Shown here piece by piece: positions 39,980 through 52,972 of a stretch of 64,000 nucleotides of DNA. Every line of letters starts with the position of its first letter. Position 1 is the first letter of the stretch. Source of the stretch: Lobosporangium transversale. Its lineage: Eukaryota. The notes under the pieces were generated by a model. That model worked only from the letters and a program-made list of their open reading frames with translations, was not told where the DNA came from and made no database searches. Made by a program: the position numbers and the translations under genes. The DNA is taken from assembly GCF_002105155.1 (NCBI RefSeq), contig NW_019029002.1:372001-436000 (forward strand). The letters are read 5' to 3'.

Positions 39980-41110
39980 CTAAACTACGCAGGTATTGTC
40001 TAAACTGTAAAAAACTAGGTGAACTATACAGTATACTCGACGTGAACCCTCTTGCTGCTCTGCTTCTGGGCTCCTCTTCTCGCTCGGTCGGCGCTTGTCG
40101 CTTGACTGCTCTCTTTTTTCATTGTCCATCCTAGAAATGTTATTTTGCTTGCCACAAGATAGGATGGTCGTTCTTGATAAAGTAGATGACCCTGAACAAC
40201 GTTGCAAATGTTATACCCCGCCATGGCATCTCTATGCATGAATGACCTGCAGTTGCTGCAGTATAGCCGACGGATCTCAACCTGACAAACAAATTCTTGA
40301 CAGATCGGACATTTTTTTGAGGTATAGTATTCGTTGCGCCTACGACGATGTACCCAAAAGATCGAGTCTAATGGGACAGGAAAGCAAGATAAGTTACGAT
40401 ATGGCAACAACAATGATAAAAAGTAGTGGGCAGCGGCTTTGCCGCGGCTAACTTGATCAAGCTCTGTTTATAACTGTTGGTAATCTTCTTGATTCTTCGA
40501 TTCGGGCTCTTTTTGCATCCCATCTATGTTTCTTGATGACATTGTTGCTGCTATAGGAGGAACCTAGGTCTTCCTCCACGTCTCTGAGCCTCTCGATGTA
40601 ATTTTTTATGCCTGCATCATTCCCACGAAGAAAAGGTAGGCTACCCTCGATGTCACTGATGGACCGTGAACCGTAGACCGTTGTTACCTTCCGCCGCTCC
40701 ATCCAATGTCGGTACTTGAGGGTGGGCTGGTACGCTGCTTTCCGATTGACAGCCAAGCTGTAAAATTTGACCGTCTGGGTCGCCGTCTTAGTGTGCTCGC
40801 TACTTGGCAACAACGCGCTCGCTCCGACGACGAAAGTGTCCTAAATCTAGATCTAAACCTTGATTTCTTCTGGTTCGCAGTTACGAAGGCCAATTATATC
40901 TTGTCTAGCTCTCACCACGTTCCTTATCTCGGCCAAGTAATAGTCTGTACCGCCTAATAGTCTGTACCGCCAAGAGTAGAATTGATTCTGGAAGGTAGCC
41001 TATCCTCGGGAAGTCGTCTATATTTCACCACATTGAGTTCGTTCAGTTTGAATGCTAGCAACTGGACCCGAAACCCGTCAGTTCGAATTGACCCCCATAA
41101 AATGTAGCTG
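39980..41110 (-). pseudogene. Decayed, 5'-truncated Fanzor (eukaryotic TnpB-like RuvC nuclease) gene
   Basis: Frameshifted fragments in order: GSIRTDGFRVQLLAFKL, GGTDYYLAEIRNVV, EEIKV(L)DLDLG..FVVGASA (RuvC-I), FYSLAVNRKAAYQP, GYIVVG.NEYYTSKKCPIC..CSNC (RuvC-II Glu plus Zn finger) and MHRDAMAGYNI (RuvC-III). Confidence 0.8.
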
Positions 41111-41791
41111 AATGTGATGAGAGCTAAGGAAAGGGAAGAAAAGAAGAGAGAGAGGGGGGAGGCCACTGCCAAAGCGTTCGAAGAGTGTGAAGAAAGATTT
41201 ATGGGCCTGTGGAAGAAGCTAGGACGTATAGCATATCATAGGCAAAAAAGAAGGTGCACATTGAAGGATATGCAAGACTCAGTAGCAGACCTGAGTAATG
41301 TAATCGATACAATGCTAGTTCAAGAGTGAATAAACTGTGCGAAAAGACAGACCTCTTGGTTTTTGGGCCAAGATTGTGCGACTTCCCTATGAACTGTTGA
41401 CGTGTTGATGATATTGTTGGATAATTTAGGGGTAGATTAAATAGGAGATTTTGGTCTTGATGGTTTATGAAGCTGGTCACTTCCAGCTACAGATAGATAA
41501 AATAATTCTTGAACACAACACAATACAAAAAGAACAGTCAGTACTTGTGCAAAAGAAGGAACAAAGAACCAGAGCTTCCTGAGCTGTTGCTCGTTAAGTA
41601 GTTGGTGGCGAACCCTCTCCACATGACTAAAATAAAACCAACAATATGTACAAACTATCTCTTTTTCTTTCTCACCCTTTCCTCTTCTCTTTTCTCTTCT
41701 CTTTTCTCTTGCTTCCTTTTTTCTTTCATTTTGTCATTGATATATACTTCTCATAGCCATCCATTTACCGCCTCACACAAAGCCATCCACT

Positions 41792-42358
41792 ATGACCGCC
41801 TTCACCGACGATGACAAAACAGCCATCAACACCATCCGTGCACTTGCTGCTGACACTGTTTTCAAGGGCAAGTCAGGTCATCCTGGTATGTTTATTACTT
41901 CTCACATCTAAGCACGTCTGTATATCTAGCCCTTGATGTTTAAACATCTTCCTCAACTCCGTATTTCTATCATGTCTGCTCTAACTCTTTATTATGATTA
42001 CAATTTGTATAATTAATAGGTGCACCTATGGGCCTAGCACCTTTAGGTCATTTGCTATTCACAAAGTCCATGAACTATAATCCCAAGAACCCACTCTGGG
42101 TAAGTATTTTCATGTTTGCAACTAGTTTGTATGGGTGTGAATGTGTAGATTGATGCGATTGACGGAGCAACAGTTATTCAAGACAACTCTGGGGATTGAT
42201 GTCATGACACAGTCATTTAAAGATGAATTCCTTCTATGCGCATCATATTTGTTCTTTCTATTTAAATGTGTTCATTTCTATAAATATTCGAATATGTCTT
42301 ATCATTTTAGTCTGACTAGTTTTTTTCCTATTGCTTTAATGATTTTAATGATGTGCAA

Positions 42359-42390
<32 letters not shown>

Positions 42391-44822
42391 CTTCTTCCTA
42401 ACATCAGGCAAACCGTGACCGATTCGTGTTATCGAATGGACATGCCTGTGTACTGCAATATATTTTACTGCATTTGTCCGGATATCCAACTACAATGGAT
42501 GATCTCAAGAGCTTTCGTCAATTGAACAGCAAGTAAGTTCGATTATGATAAGAAATGGAAATTTGATAGCCTCTGGCATAATTTGAGGCAGAGTAATCAG
42601 GAAGTGATCATTGTGAGGGACATGAAAGCATGGGAATTTTTTTTAAGACCTGTTACATGATCATGACGCGAAGGAGGGAAGGAGGGCGGCAAAATAAAAG
42701 AAAATTAATATTTTAGTTAGTCAATTGATTGGTGTAGATTTTCTTAGTTGTAATTTAACCGTCCTGATAAATTCCTCACCGCTTTCTATGTTTCACACCT
42801 TCATTTAGAACACCTGGACATCCCGAGTCCCATATAACTGTTGGTATTGAGGTTACTACGGTAATACTACGCAGAAACATTATGATTAAATATATGCTCA
42901 AAGATGTTCAAGGGCTGAGTGTCTTCGCCCTGCCACTCAGCTGTGATATGTCCAAATCGTAATTCTATTATATTTACGTGTTATATCAACACATTACTTC
43001 ATTATAAATAGGGTCCCCTAGGCCAAGGCTTCGCTAACTCAGTAGGCTTAGCCATTGGGGAGGCCCACATGGCTGCAAGATTCAATAAGCCGGACTTCGA
43101 ACTGTTTAATAACCACACCTTTGTTATTTTGGGTGACGGATGCATGCAAGAGGGTATTGCCAGCGAGGCTGCTTCCCTTGCTGGGTATGTATTACACCTG
43201 CCAGTCTAACAACAGACTTTCGCTATTTTTGCACTTTGGCAGACGTTGGCACGCAAAACTCATTCCCTTTATTTACTATTATTATTTTATCAAGCCATTT
43301 AAAATTGGGGAAGCTCATTGCATTTTATGATGACAATCACATTTCGATCGATGGTGACACAAATGTTGCCTTCACTGAGGATGTCACTAAGCGCTTTGAA
43401 GCCTATGGATGGCACGTTCAGTCCATTGAAGACGGTAACCATGATCTAGAAGGCATTGCTCGTGCTATTGAGGAGGCTAAGAAGGTCACCGATAAACCTT
43501 CACTCATCAGGGTCCGTACCATCATCGGTTTCGGCTCCTTAAATCAAGGCACTGAAAAGGTCCATGGCTCTCCTCTGAAGGAAGATGATATCGCTCAGCT
43601 CAAGAAGGCCTTTGGCTTCAACCCAGATGCTAAATTTGAAGTCCCCAAGTCCACATATGACCTGTACCATTCTAGAGCTGCTCAAGGCGAGAAGGCGAAT
43701 AAGGAATGGGAGGAGCTCTTTGAGAAATACCAGAAAGCTTATCCAAAAGAAGCAGCAGAACTCAAGCGTCGTCTGGATAACAAGTTGCCAGAGGACTGGG
43801 TCAAGGAGCTCCCTCGCTACACACCTGCAGACAAACCTACTGCCACTCGCAAGTTATCTGAAGCTGTCCTCAACAAGATTGCAGATGTATTGCCCGAGTT
43901 GCTTGTAGGATCTGCAGATCTGACAGGATCCAATCTCACCCGCTGGAAGGATGCTGTAGACTTTCAGCCAGACGACTCCAACCTTGGCAGCTACTCTGGA
44001 CGCTATTTCCGTTATGGAGTCCGTGAACATGCCATGGCTGGTGTTCTTAATGGTTTGGATGCCTATGGTGGAATAATCCCAGCAGGAGCAACATTCCTCA
44101 ACTTCATTACCTATGCATGGGGTTCAGTTCGTCTATCTGCGTTGGCAGGTCATCGCGTCATTTACATCATGACTCACGACTCTATCGGTCTCGGAGAGGA
44201 TGGCCCCACTCATCAGCCAATTGAGACCTTGGCCGCCATCCGTGCCACGCCAAATCTTATCGACCTTCGCCCTGCGGATGGTAACGAGACCTCTGGAGCA
44301 TATCGCTTTGCCATCGAGAATCAGACTCGTCCAAGCGTGTTGGCATTGACCCGTCAGGATCTGCCCCATCTAGAGGGCTCATCGATCGAGAAGACATTGA
44401 AGGGAGGATACGTATTACAGGAGGTTGACGACGCTGATGTGACACTTGTAGGAACAGGTTCTGAAGTCTCCCTGTGCGTTGAAACTGCGAAACTGTTGAA
44501 GGAACAAGGAAGTGTCAAAGCTCGCGTAGTCTCTATGCCTTCGACTAAACTCTTTGACGCACAATCGCAAGAGTATAGAGCTTCAGTCCTAAAGGATGGT
44601 ATCCCTATAGTCTCGGTTGAAGCCGCGTCCACTTATGGATGGCAACGCTATGCTCACGAGTCGATTGGTATTGACACATTTGGATCTTCAGGACCTTGGA
44701 AGGAGGTATATGCTCATTTTGAGTTGGTTCCAGATAAAGTCGCAGAAAAGGTTAAGAAAGTCGTTGCTTTCTACAAGAAGGAAGGATTTGTGCCCTCACT
44801 CGTTCGCAGGTATTTCCACTAA
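41792..44822 (+). CDS. TKL1: Transketolase, multi-exon
   Basis: [63 protein letters not shown] and [16 protein letters not shown]. Confidence 0.97.
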
Positions 44823-44969
44823 GCGGATGTCTTTGCACGCCACTCTGCTGCATCTCGCCTGTACCATTTGATTAAAAATTAAATAAAACAAAGCAAATAT
44901 GAGCTTGAAGCGGTTTATTATACAATTTTATTATTTTTAATCTATTTGTTTTCTTAAGGGAGCGAAGGA

Positions 44970-45652
44970 CTATACTCCCCACCATGAGAGTAAACCCAAG
45001 CCATCACCATTGATTGAGCACTAAAATGGAGATCAAAACAAGAAAGAAGCTTATTAGTTGATCCCAATCAATTGCTTCACATAATTTGCTTTCATACTTT
45101 CTACTTTCTTTCGACTTACAACAAGAGAATAAGGAGCCTGTTTTGTAGAATTTGCGCTCAAGTCTGGAGTGTCAACACCTTCCTTTTTAGGGCGGACTGA
45201 AGGTGAAGTGTCAAAGAACTGTTCTGACTCGACTCTGAACCGAATGCTCTCGTCTATATCCATAAACATTTCGTTCTCATCATACATCCATACCCAGACT
45301 TGTTCTTCAGAATTAAATTCGGTTCCTTGCTGTAAATAGCCAGCTGGAATGAAAATGTCGTCAAAAAAGCCAAGTGAAACTGTAATGATAATAAACCCCC
45401 CAAAAAAAAGGAAAAAAAAAAAAAAAAATGAATTAGCGCCTCATAGGAAAAAAAAGGGGACAATGTTAAGAATGTTAAAAGATGTCCCGCCAGCTACTAT
45501 CGAACCGACGCCATTGACTGGCAGCCTGTTAGCGATCCAACGGAGAATATTCTTCGCAGTTTTAGGTAAGAACAAAATCTCCACAGCTGCAATGGATGTA
45601 TATGCTTGCTGGGAGTGTTCGTCTGCGGTAAATGTGTATATGGATTGGGTGC

Positions 45653-45693
<41 letters not shown>

Positions 45694-45899
45694 CACTAAC
45701 CACGAATGCCTTCTCTGCTACAAGACCGAATCTTGCCTATGATGATCTCTCCGATAAATGGACGGAAGATCACCATACGGAAATGAACAGTGACATAACT
45801 GCAGCCGTCGCCATGATGAATAAAACCTTCGCTTGCAGAGAGAATATCATGCATTGCAATACATAATCCTACATTCTGCAATACCTAATGAATAATGGT

Positions 45900-45934
<35 letters not shown>

Positions 45935-46106
45935 CGTGTTATCAAGATAATATCGCGCGCGTCTTTTCTCCAAGCCCTGTTTTCCAAAAAAATACCTTGT
46001 TGGCATATTTGCGATTGATCTCATCTGTAATCGCCTGGGGTTTCTTTTTCCTGAATCCTGAAGGCTCAATCTTGATAGTATCTTTGATTTCTGCGAGGTT
46101 GAACAT
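44970..46106 (-). CDS. RPC25: RNA polymerase III subunit Rpc25 / RPC8, multi-exon
   Basis: MFNLAEIKDTIKIEP...INRKYANK, NVGLCIAMHDI, FRMVIFRPFIGEIIIGKI, SLGFFDDIFIP, IRFRVESE and C-terminal DGLGLLSWWGV*. Confidence 0.92.
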
Positions 46107-46440
46107 CCTAGAGATGCGTAGCCACTGCTCGTCTTGTGTCTTTTTTTTTTTCTTGTCTGGTACGCGCGTAAGTGTACGTATGTGTGGATTGAGTGCGATG
46201 TGATGTATATCTGTTGCAAGTGCTGTTTAAAAAAAGTGTAATATGTAGTCGTAGTGATCTTATACTTGTGTTTGTCCTCCAAAGCTAATCCTAGTCGCCA
46301 TAAATTTTAGTCCTTATTACTCTTTTTTGCTCTTCTTTGCGGTATTGTTCTGCCTTGAATTTGAAATGCTGCTCAGTCTTTTGATGGGATGAATCCTGAG
46401 GTTGAGTGTTAATGCTGGAGGCTGCAGCAGCATGAAGTCT

Positions 46441-46471
<31 letters not shown>

Positions 46472-48254
46472 GTCCAAGCCACACTAAGTGTATGATTTTC
46501 GTTTCATCTGTCGTGTTAAATGCAAAATGAAAATTTATTGTGAAAGTCTTCATCAGCACTGAGGTGAAGCTTCACGGTAAAACACCATAAAATATAAAAA
46601 AGGAGTCATGATAGGCTACAATTGTGCTCTACTAGAGATCCATCCTTGGCTTTACTTGTTATAGATTTACTTCCCTTTACTTAAGGATATCTTGATAGTC
46701 TACACATATTGTCCAGCTTGCTATCATGATTCTGGCTACAAATGTATTTAAAATTACTGTCCATTGCACTGCATTGTGCAACAGAAAACTGATTATCCGG
46801 GTTATCAATTCTGGCAATTGTAATGAAATCCCAACGATTTCTGTCCGTAATAGTTTTTTTTACCAAAAAGGATTGCAAAACGTTGATCGATCACCTCATA
46901 TTAAACCTCTCCGTGCATTACTTTTATGAATCAGCTTTATTGCACAATATCAGCGAAGCTAAAGATGATACCATCTCTTTTTTTTATTGCCCTCATATAA
47001 TACACTCCACAATCAGGGTATCAATCAAAATGAAAAAACGAAAAGATAAAAGGCCCAATTGATAGGTGGTTGAATGATGAGGATGGTCGCATAAGTGGGC
47101 GAATACCAAAAAGCATATCTGGTGTATATTATATAACATTAAAAAAAATCTTTTAATGTATTGTGATCCCATCTCACGAAGGTTCCTTCGATCTAAAAAA
47201 ATTAAGTGCCATGTGAGGAGTAGAGACCCCTTTTTTTGGAGGAAAAAAAAAGATAGATCATGAACCATAAACAGAACGTCCAGGAGAATTAGCCATCCTC
47301 AAACGTTGAGCATGTGCTTGATTTTAAAACTATATCTGTGCATGAATGAAATGTCAAATCCACAGGTCCATGTTCAGCATATCCACATCAAGCATTGAGT
47401 TTTGTTCGAACTATGGCATCATTTTTAAAGTTTCCATGCCTATATATTTTTATGCTTCATCCATATACATATATATTACATATATTTTATATATATACAA
47501 TAGTTTATTCATCCTTTGCACATCTTACTAAATGATCCATGGATTGGACATACAATGTTACAATGTGGCGAACAATTGCTTCACTTTTAAAAAATGTGGT
47601 TGTCCTAGCATTGGGATTGGTTGACCAAGGACGAAAAACTAGCCACTAGGAACACGAAGCCATACTTACACACACGGAAATAATAATTGCAAGGAACACA
47701 GAGCACATGGCAATTGTCCTAAATGAAAGTTCATTTGTTTTTGTTTTTTAAAACAAAGAAGAAAAGAAGGTTTGCATGTATATATAATTATAACATGTCA
47801 GCCAAGAGATGCTTTAAACAAAAAAAAAGAGGGAAAAAATGGAGATATGGCATCATATCGCTCTCGAAAGGCTCACGCTCCAAGGGTTTGCTTATGCTTT
47901 GCCCATTAAACGCCTGCAGCTTCCCTTATTAATATTGTAGACATTACAAAGCATATAATTTAATAGACATTATGCAATAAGTCAATGAGCTGCTTCATGT
48001 CCAACTTCTTTGTGACCCGTGAACCTGACATATATACATGTGTGGGTTCCTGAGCAGGCATCATTCCTGTGGATCTCTTGTTCATGGCAATTGACAATCA
48101 AGATCCAGCTGAGATCCCTTTGCGTTATTATAATAGTATGCGCGCTTTAAGACCATTGTAGCTTACCAAAAGTGTTTTGCAACTTTTTTTTTTTTTTTTT
48201 TTTTTTTTTGAACTTTACGGCAATTGCGCCATCTCCTGTATTACGAAAATTTAG

Positions 48255-48292
<38 letters not shown>

Positions 48293-49933
48293 ACCATGTT
48301 CTCGAACCTACCTCTTTATTTTATTTTCTATGACCACCTTCAATGCATCTAGAAACGCTTTCTTTTCATCAAATTCCATACCGTCTCATCATCTGGCGTC
48401 ATTAGCTAAACCGTAGCGAGGCCTTGCATCGTATTAATATGAAAAGAGGGAGATCGGCCCGATACTATGGAAACTTTGATTAATCCATATTAGAGATCAG
48501 ATGAAGGCCTATTGTAACACTTTTAAAGACCGAGAAAAAAGCCTGTAGTAGTCGAGGAGGCTTCTCAGGTATATAATATCACGTGTACATCTTGACGTAT
48601 ATGGCTGTATTACCAAGATTCATTGCCTTTGCAAAATACATTCGAAAGGTGATGAAGGGGAGTTTTTACTAAATATGTCAATGACGATGTGTCCAAATGT
48701 GTCGTATTTGTGCTTTTTGACGGCCTGGATCCAGTTGGACCTGATTGATTGAGGAAAATAGAATTAAAAGAAGGTGTTTGGATGGATCTTTCCAAGACTT
48801 CAAGAATGAGCGAGCGAGCTAGCTGCGGGAGTATGCACGTTTACATGACATGGCATGATCAATAGATAGGCATGGCTGTTTTTTTTTTAGTCTTGCATTT
48901 GTAAACTTTTTCAGATAGAATTGAATGACACCCAGTAAAAGAATAAAAAAGAGCGACAATCGCGAACAGAGACGTTAAAATGTCGCCATTTTTGTTATTT
49001 CTTTTACTGTTTAGACTTTGTTTTGGATTTGCATGCCTGCATAGTCACATTGTAACACAATTCAAAAAAGCTAAAGTATTCTGCAAAAGAACCATGCACT
49101 CTTCTTGCTCTGTGCACAAACTTCATGATTCTCTTTCTTTACAAATAGTGGACCAAACACAGTTTGATTGGTATTGCAATAAGATTCAGCTCTGTACCCA
49201 CTTTTTACTTGTTACAGTTACTTTTTGCTCAGTTTTTTTTTTTTTTTTTTTTTTTTTTTTGTACATGTGTGTAGAGAGAGGGAGGAAAAGATAACCACAG
49301 CTCAGCATTTATTGTTGAAAAAAGAGCGGGCTAAAAAATTTCCTACAGTTAAGATATATACCATTTTATAATTTTATTGCATCGAGGACGAGTGACATGT
49401 TGCCATCCACTGAGAAAACGTATAATATGAACATGTTCGGCAAATGAACAGGTGCAATCTGAGCAAGCGTCTCAGAAATGGGTAGAGCAAGCAATGATAT
49501 AATAGAATGTATTCATTACAATCCCACAAGTAAAATGGTGCGATCGATCTTGGAATGGAATAAATGAAATAGATTGGCTACGCAATTCTTTTACTTAGAT
49601 TCTAACTCTTATTTGCATCTAACATTATATGTTCTATCTGATTTGTTCGTCAGAAAGCAAGAGCTTTTTTTTTTTTTCCTGCTCCAGGTACGATCTCCTT
49701 GTCACACTTGTCGTGTAAAACTTTTTTTTTTTTTTGTATAAAAGACATCGGATTTTTTTTTTTTTTTACTCTTTTCTTCCACCTCGTCCTGCCTTGTCCT
49801 CTCGTTCTCACCCACCATCCTTCCTTGGCTCTTGTCCCTGATCTAAAGGAAACATCACTTCATTGTATTTCCGACTGAATATATTTGCTTCATCACTTCT
49901 CCTCACACTGTTCTCCTTCTTACTCTTCATCAA

Positions 49934-52494
49934 ATGGCTGATCAAGAGTTGAAAGCATATGGCCGTGGGATCGTCAACTGGGTCAAGGCCTTCCCTTCCA
50001 ACACCCCTCGTTACATCACTGAGCGTCTTCCCATTATCAAATGGTAAAATATACGCATCTCACTGCTCCCATCTCGTTATGCAACTCTATTACGGCATAT
50101 CCTTCAGCACAGCATCCAAGGAAACAAATGTCCAGTTTACTTATCCATCTTTCTTTTTTTAACCGATATATGATCAACTAGGCTGCCAAAATACAACCGT
50201 GGATGGGCCCTCAGGGATATTATCGCCGGCGTCACTGTCGGACTGATTGTCGTTCCTCAGGGAATGTCATATTCCAAGATTGCTGGTCTACCTGTCCAGC
50301 ATGGACTCTACTCTGCATACATTGGCGCCATCTTTTACTGCTTCATGGGAACTTCCAAAGATTTGACTATCGGACCTACTGCTGTTATCTCACTTATCAC
50401 TGGTGAACTTGTTGCTGAACTCGCTGGACGCATGAGCGCCCCCGCTGTTGCCGCTATCTCTTGCCTCTGTGTTGGTGCATTGACCTTGATCCTCGGAGTT
50501 CTTCGTCTTGGAATCATCCTTGACTTCTTCCCTACCACTGTCTTGGTCGGCTACACGAGTGGTGCAGCCGCTACAATTGTCATCCAACAGATCCCCAAAT
50601 GGCTTGGCGTGCCAAACATCAACAACCGTGCGCCTGTCTACGACATCATCATCAATATGCTTAAGGCCATCAAGACTCTCTCTTGGTTGGACCTTGTTTT
50701 TGGTCTTGTTGGCTTCTTCATTTTGGTCGGTATCGGTCTTGCTGTCGACCGTTGGGGCCGTGGCAAGTTTTCGATTCAGATGATCAAGATCTCGCGCTTC
50801 TTCATTGTTACTGTGCTTGCCACCGTTGCCTCCTTCCTTGTAAACAAGGGCGCTCCACTTGATGCTAAGGGCCAGATCATTCCCCGTATCTCTATTTTGA
50901 AGACTGTTCCTTCGGGCCTTCCTCATCCAGCAGTTCCTGGCATTACCGCAGAGATCTTCAGAGAAATTGTACCCAAGCTGTTTGCCATTGCTTTGGCCAC
51001 TATTCTGGAACACATTGCTATTGCTAAAGCTTTTGCTCGCAAGAACCGTTACCAATTGGATACTAACCAGGAGCTTTTAGCTTTGGGCGCTGCTAATATT
51101 ACTGCCTCGTTCTTTGGTGCCTACACTGTCACTGGTTCGTTCTCTCGCTCTGCTGTCAAATTCCAGTGCGGTGTCAAATCTCCATTTGCAGGCTTCGTCA
51201 CTGGCGCGCTCGTCCTCTTGGCTTTGTACTTCCTAACCCCTGCGTAAGTCTTAAAAGAAATTCTCAAGGTTGATGCATGATGTTTGTCTGTGTTGCATGG
51301 AGGAACCAGGACATGTGGAACAAGAACTGCATATTGGCACTGTCATATGGAGAAATAGATCATACATCATGATTGGCTTGAGCCGGCGAAACTGCCCTAT
51401 TTCTGTTCCTGATTCAATACTTACATTTCCATTTTTTTTTTTTTTTTTTTATCCAAAAACCAAATAGCTTCTTCTACATTCCTGACGCTGCCCTGTCTGC
51501 TGTCATCATGGTTGCTGTCTCGACGCTGATCAGCCCGCCCTCAGTATTTGTTCAGTTCTACAAGGTCAACCTCTGGGACTTCCTCGCCTCCCAAGTCGCT
51601 CTCTGGGTCACTATTTTTGTCTCTGTTGAAGCTGGTATTGCTTCTGGTGTCGGTTTCTCTCTCCTCGTCCTCTTATTCAGGATCGCCCGCCCTCACTTCC
51701 ATGTCCTCCATCAGGTCAAGGATCGTCCTGACCTCTTTGTCGATGAATCGCTATCAAAGTCATTTGAGACTGTCCCTGCTCCCCATGGTATTTTGGTTTT
51801 TAAACCAGAGGAATCTGCCACTTTCCCTAATGTAGAGAGCTTCCAGTCCTGGGCCCTGGATGAAGTTTACAAGTACACTCGCTTCGGTGGTCGTGTCAAG
51901 TCTGTCTCAGAGAAGATGTGGTCCGATGATTTGGATGTCCACATCCGCAATCTTCGCAAGGCTACCCACGGCGCTGATTCCAAGATTACTGATGACGACC
52001 TTCCACAACTTCGTGCGGTTATCCTTGATATGTCTGCTATCAACCAAATCGACTCCACCGGTCTCCAGAACTTATTTGATTTACGCGATTTGTTCCGAGA
52101 CTATGCTGGTGTCACCGACTACCCTACTCTTTTCTTTGAATTGCACTTTGCAAATGTTCAAGCTAATGTTCTCAACATCCTTGAGCGCTCTGGTATCACT
52201 CGTCCCCTTTCCCCTGCCGCTCTTCAGGACGTCAAGACGGATGCTCCTTCTGCCCACGGTGGTGCACACTTTAGTTCTGGCCCTGTCGATGAGAGGGGTC
52301 CTTACTTGAAGGAAGAGGGTCTTGTCCACTTCACTGTCCGTGATGCTATTGATGCAGTCTTGATCCGTGCTCAGGCTTGGGAAAAGGATGTTCCAGCTGG
52401 CGAAGAGGGGCACCATGCCAGCTCAGACTCAGACTTGGCTACTGAACAAAAGGAGAGACCGGCCGAGAACAAGACTGAACTCAACTATGTCTAA
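49934..52494 (+). CDS. SulP/SLC26 sulfate permease with C-terminal STAS domain; 3 exons
   Basis: DIIAGVTVGLIVVPQGMSYSKIAGLPVQHGLYSA, GTSKDLTIGP, NQELLALG, TGSFSRSAV, and STAS motif VILDMSAINQIDSTG. Confidence 0.93.
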
Positions 52495-52972
52495 AGAAGG
52501 CAGATCTAATCTTTCCCACTTTCATGTTGGCACAACAAGCTACCGATCCTTAAAAACTTGTAACATTAGTTATTGTATAGGTTTGAATATACCCTCTCAG
52601 TTGCCATACATTTACTATAATATCCCACCATTATCTAGCTCCATTTTTATCCTTACCTTCTCCCCATCGCATATCAGCGTGTCTGGCTAATAAATAAGGT
52701 TTTTTTTTCAGTTATTACTGTCTAATAAATAAGAAATATCAATAGAAAATGATTCTTCTTTTGCGTACATCACATGATACTTTCAGCGCTCAAGCCACAC
52801 GCAGACAGATCAAAGGTCGTTCCTGAATAGTTGAATAGCGGAAACAGCAGGATTCAAAGATTAAAGGATTCAGGGAATTTGAATTTTATAACCATTCAAA
52901 TTAGCATTACCACTTCTCTAAAATAGGAAGAAAAAAAAAAAAAAAAAAAAGAGAATAAATATTCTTATATTC

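Noticed and set aside
42861..43011. TPP riboswitch or C/D snoRNA in a transketolase intron (8-bp stem GCTGAGTG/CACTCAGC)
   Set aside because: It lacks the TPP aptamer core (CTGAGA...ATACC...GAACCTGAT) and convincing paired C/D boxes. Only a lone short hairpin is seen.
44820..44882. Cryptic peroxisomal PTS1 by readthrough of transketolase (extension contains SRL)
   Set aside because: The stop is TAA-G rather than a TGA-CTA readthrough context, and SRL is followed by YHLIKN, so it is not C-terminal.
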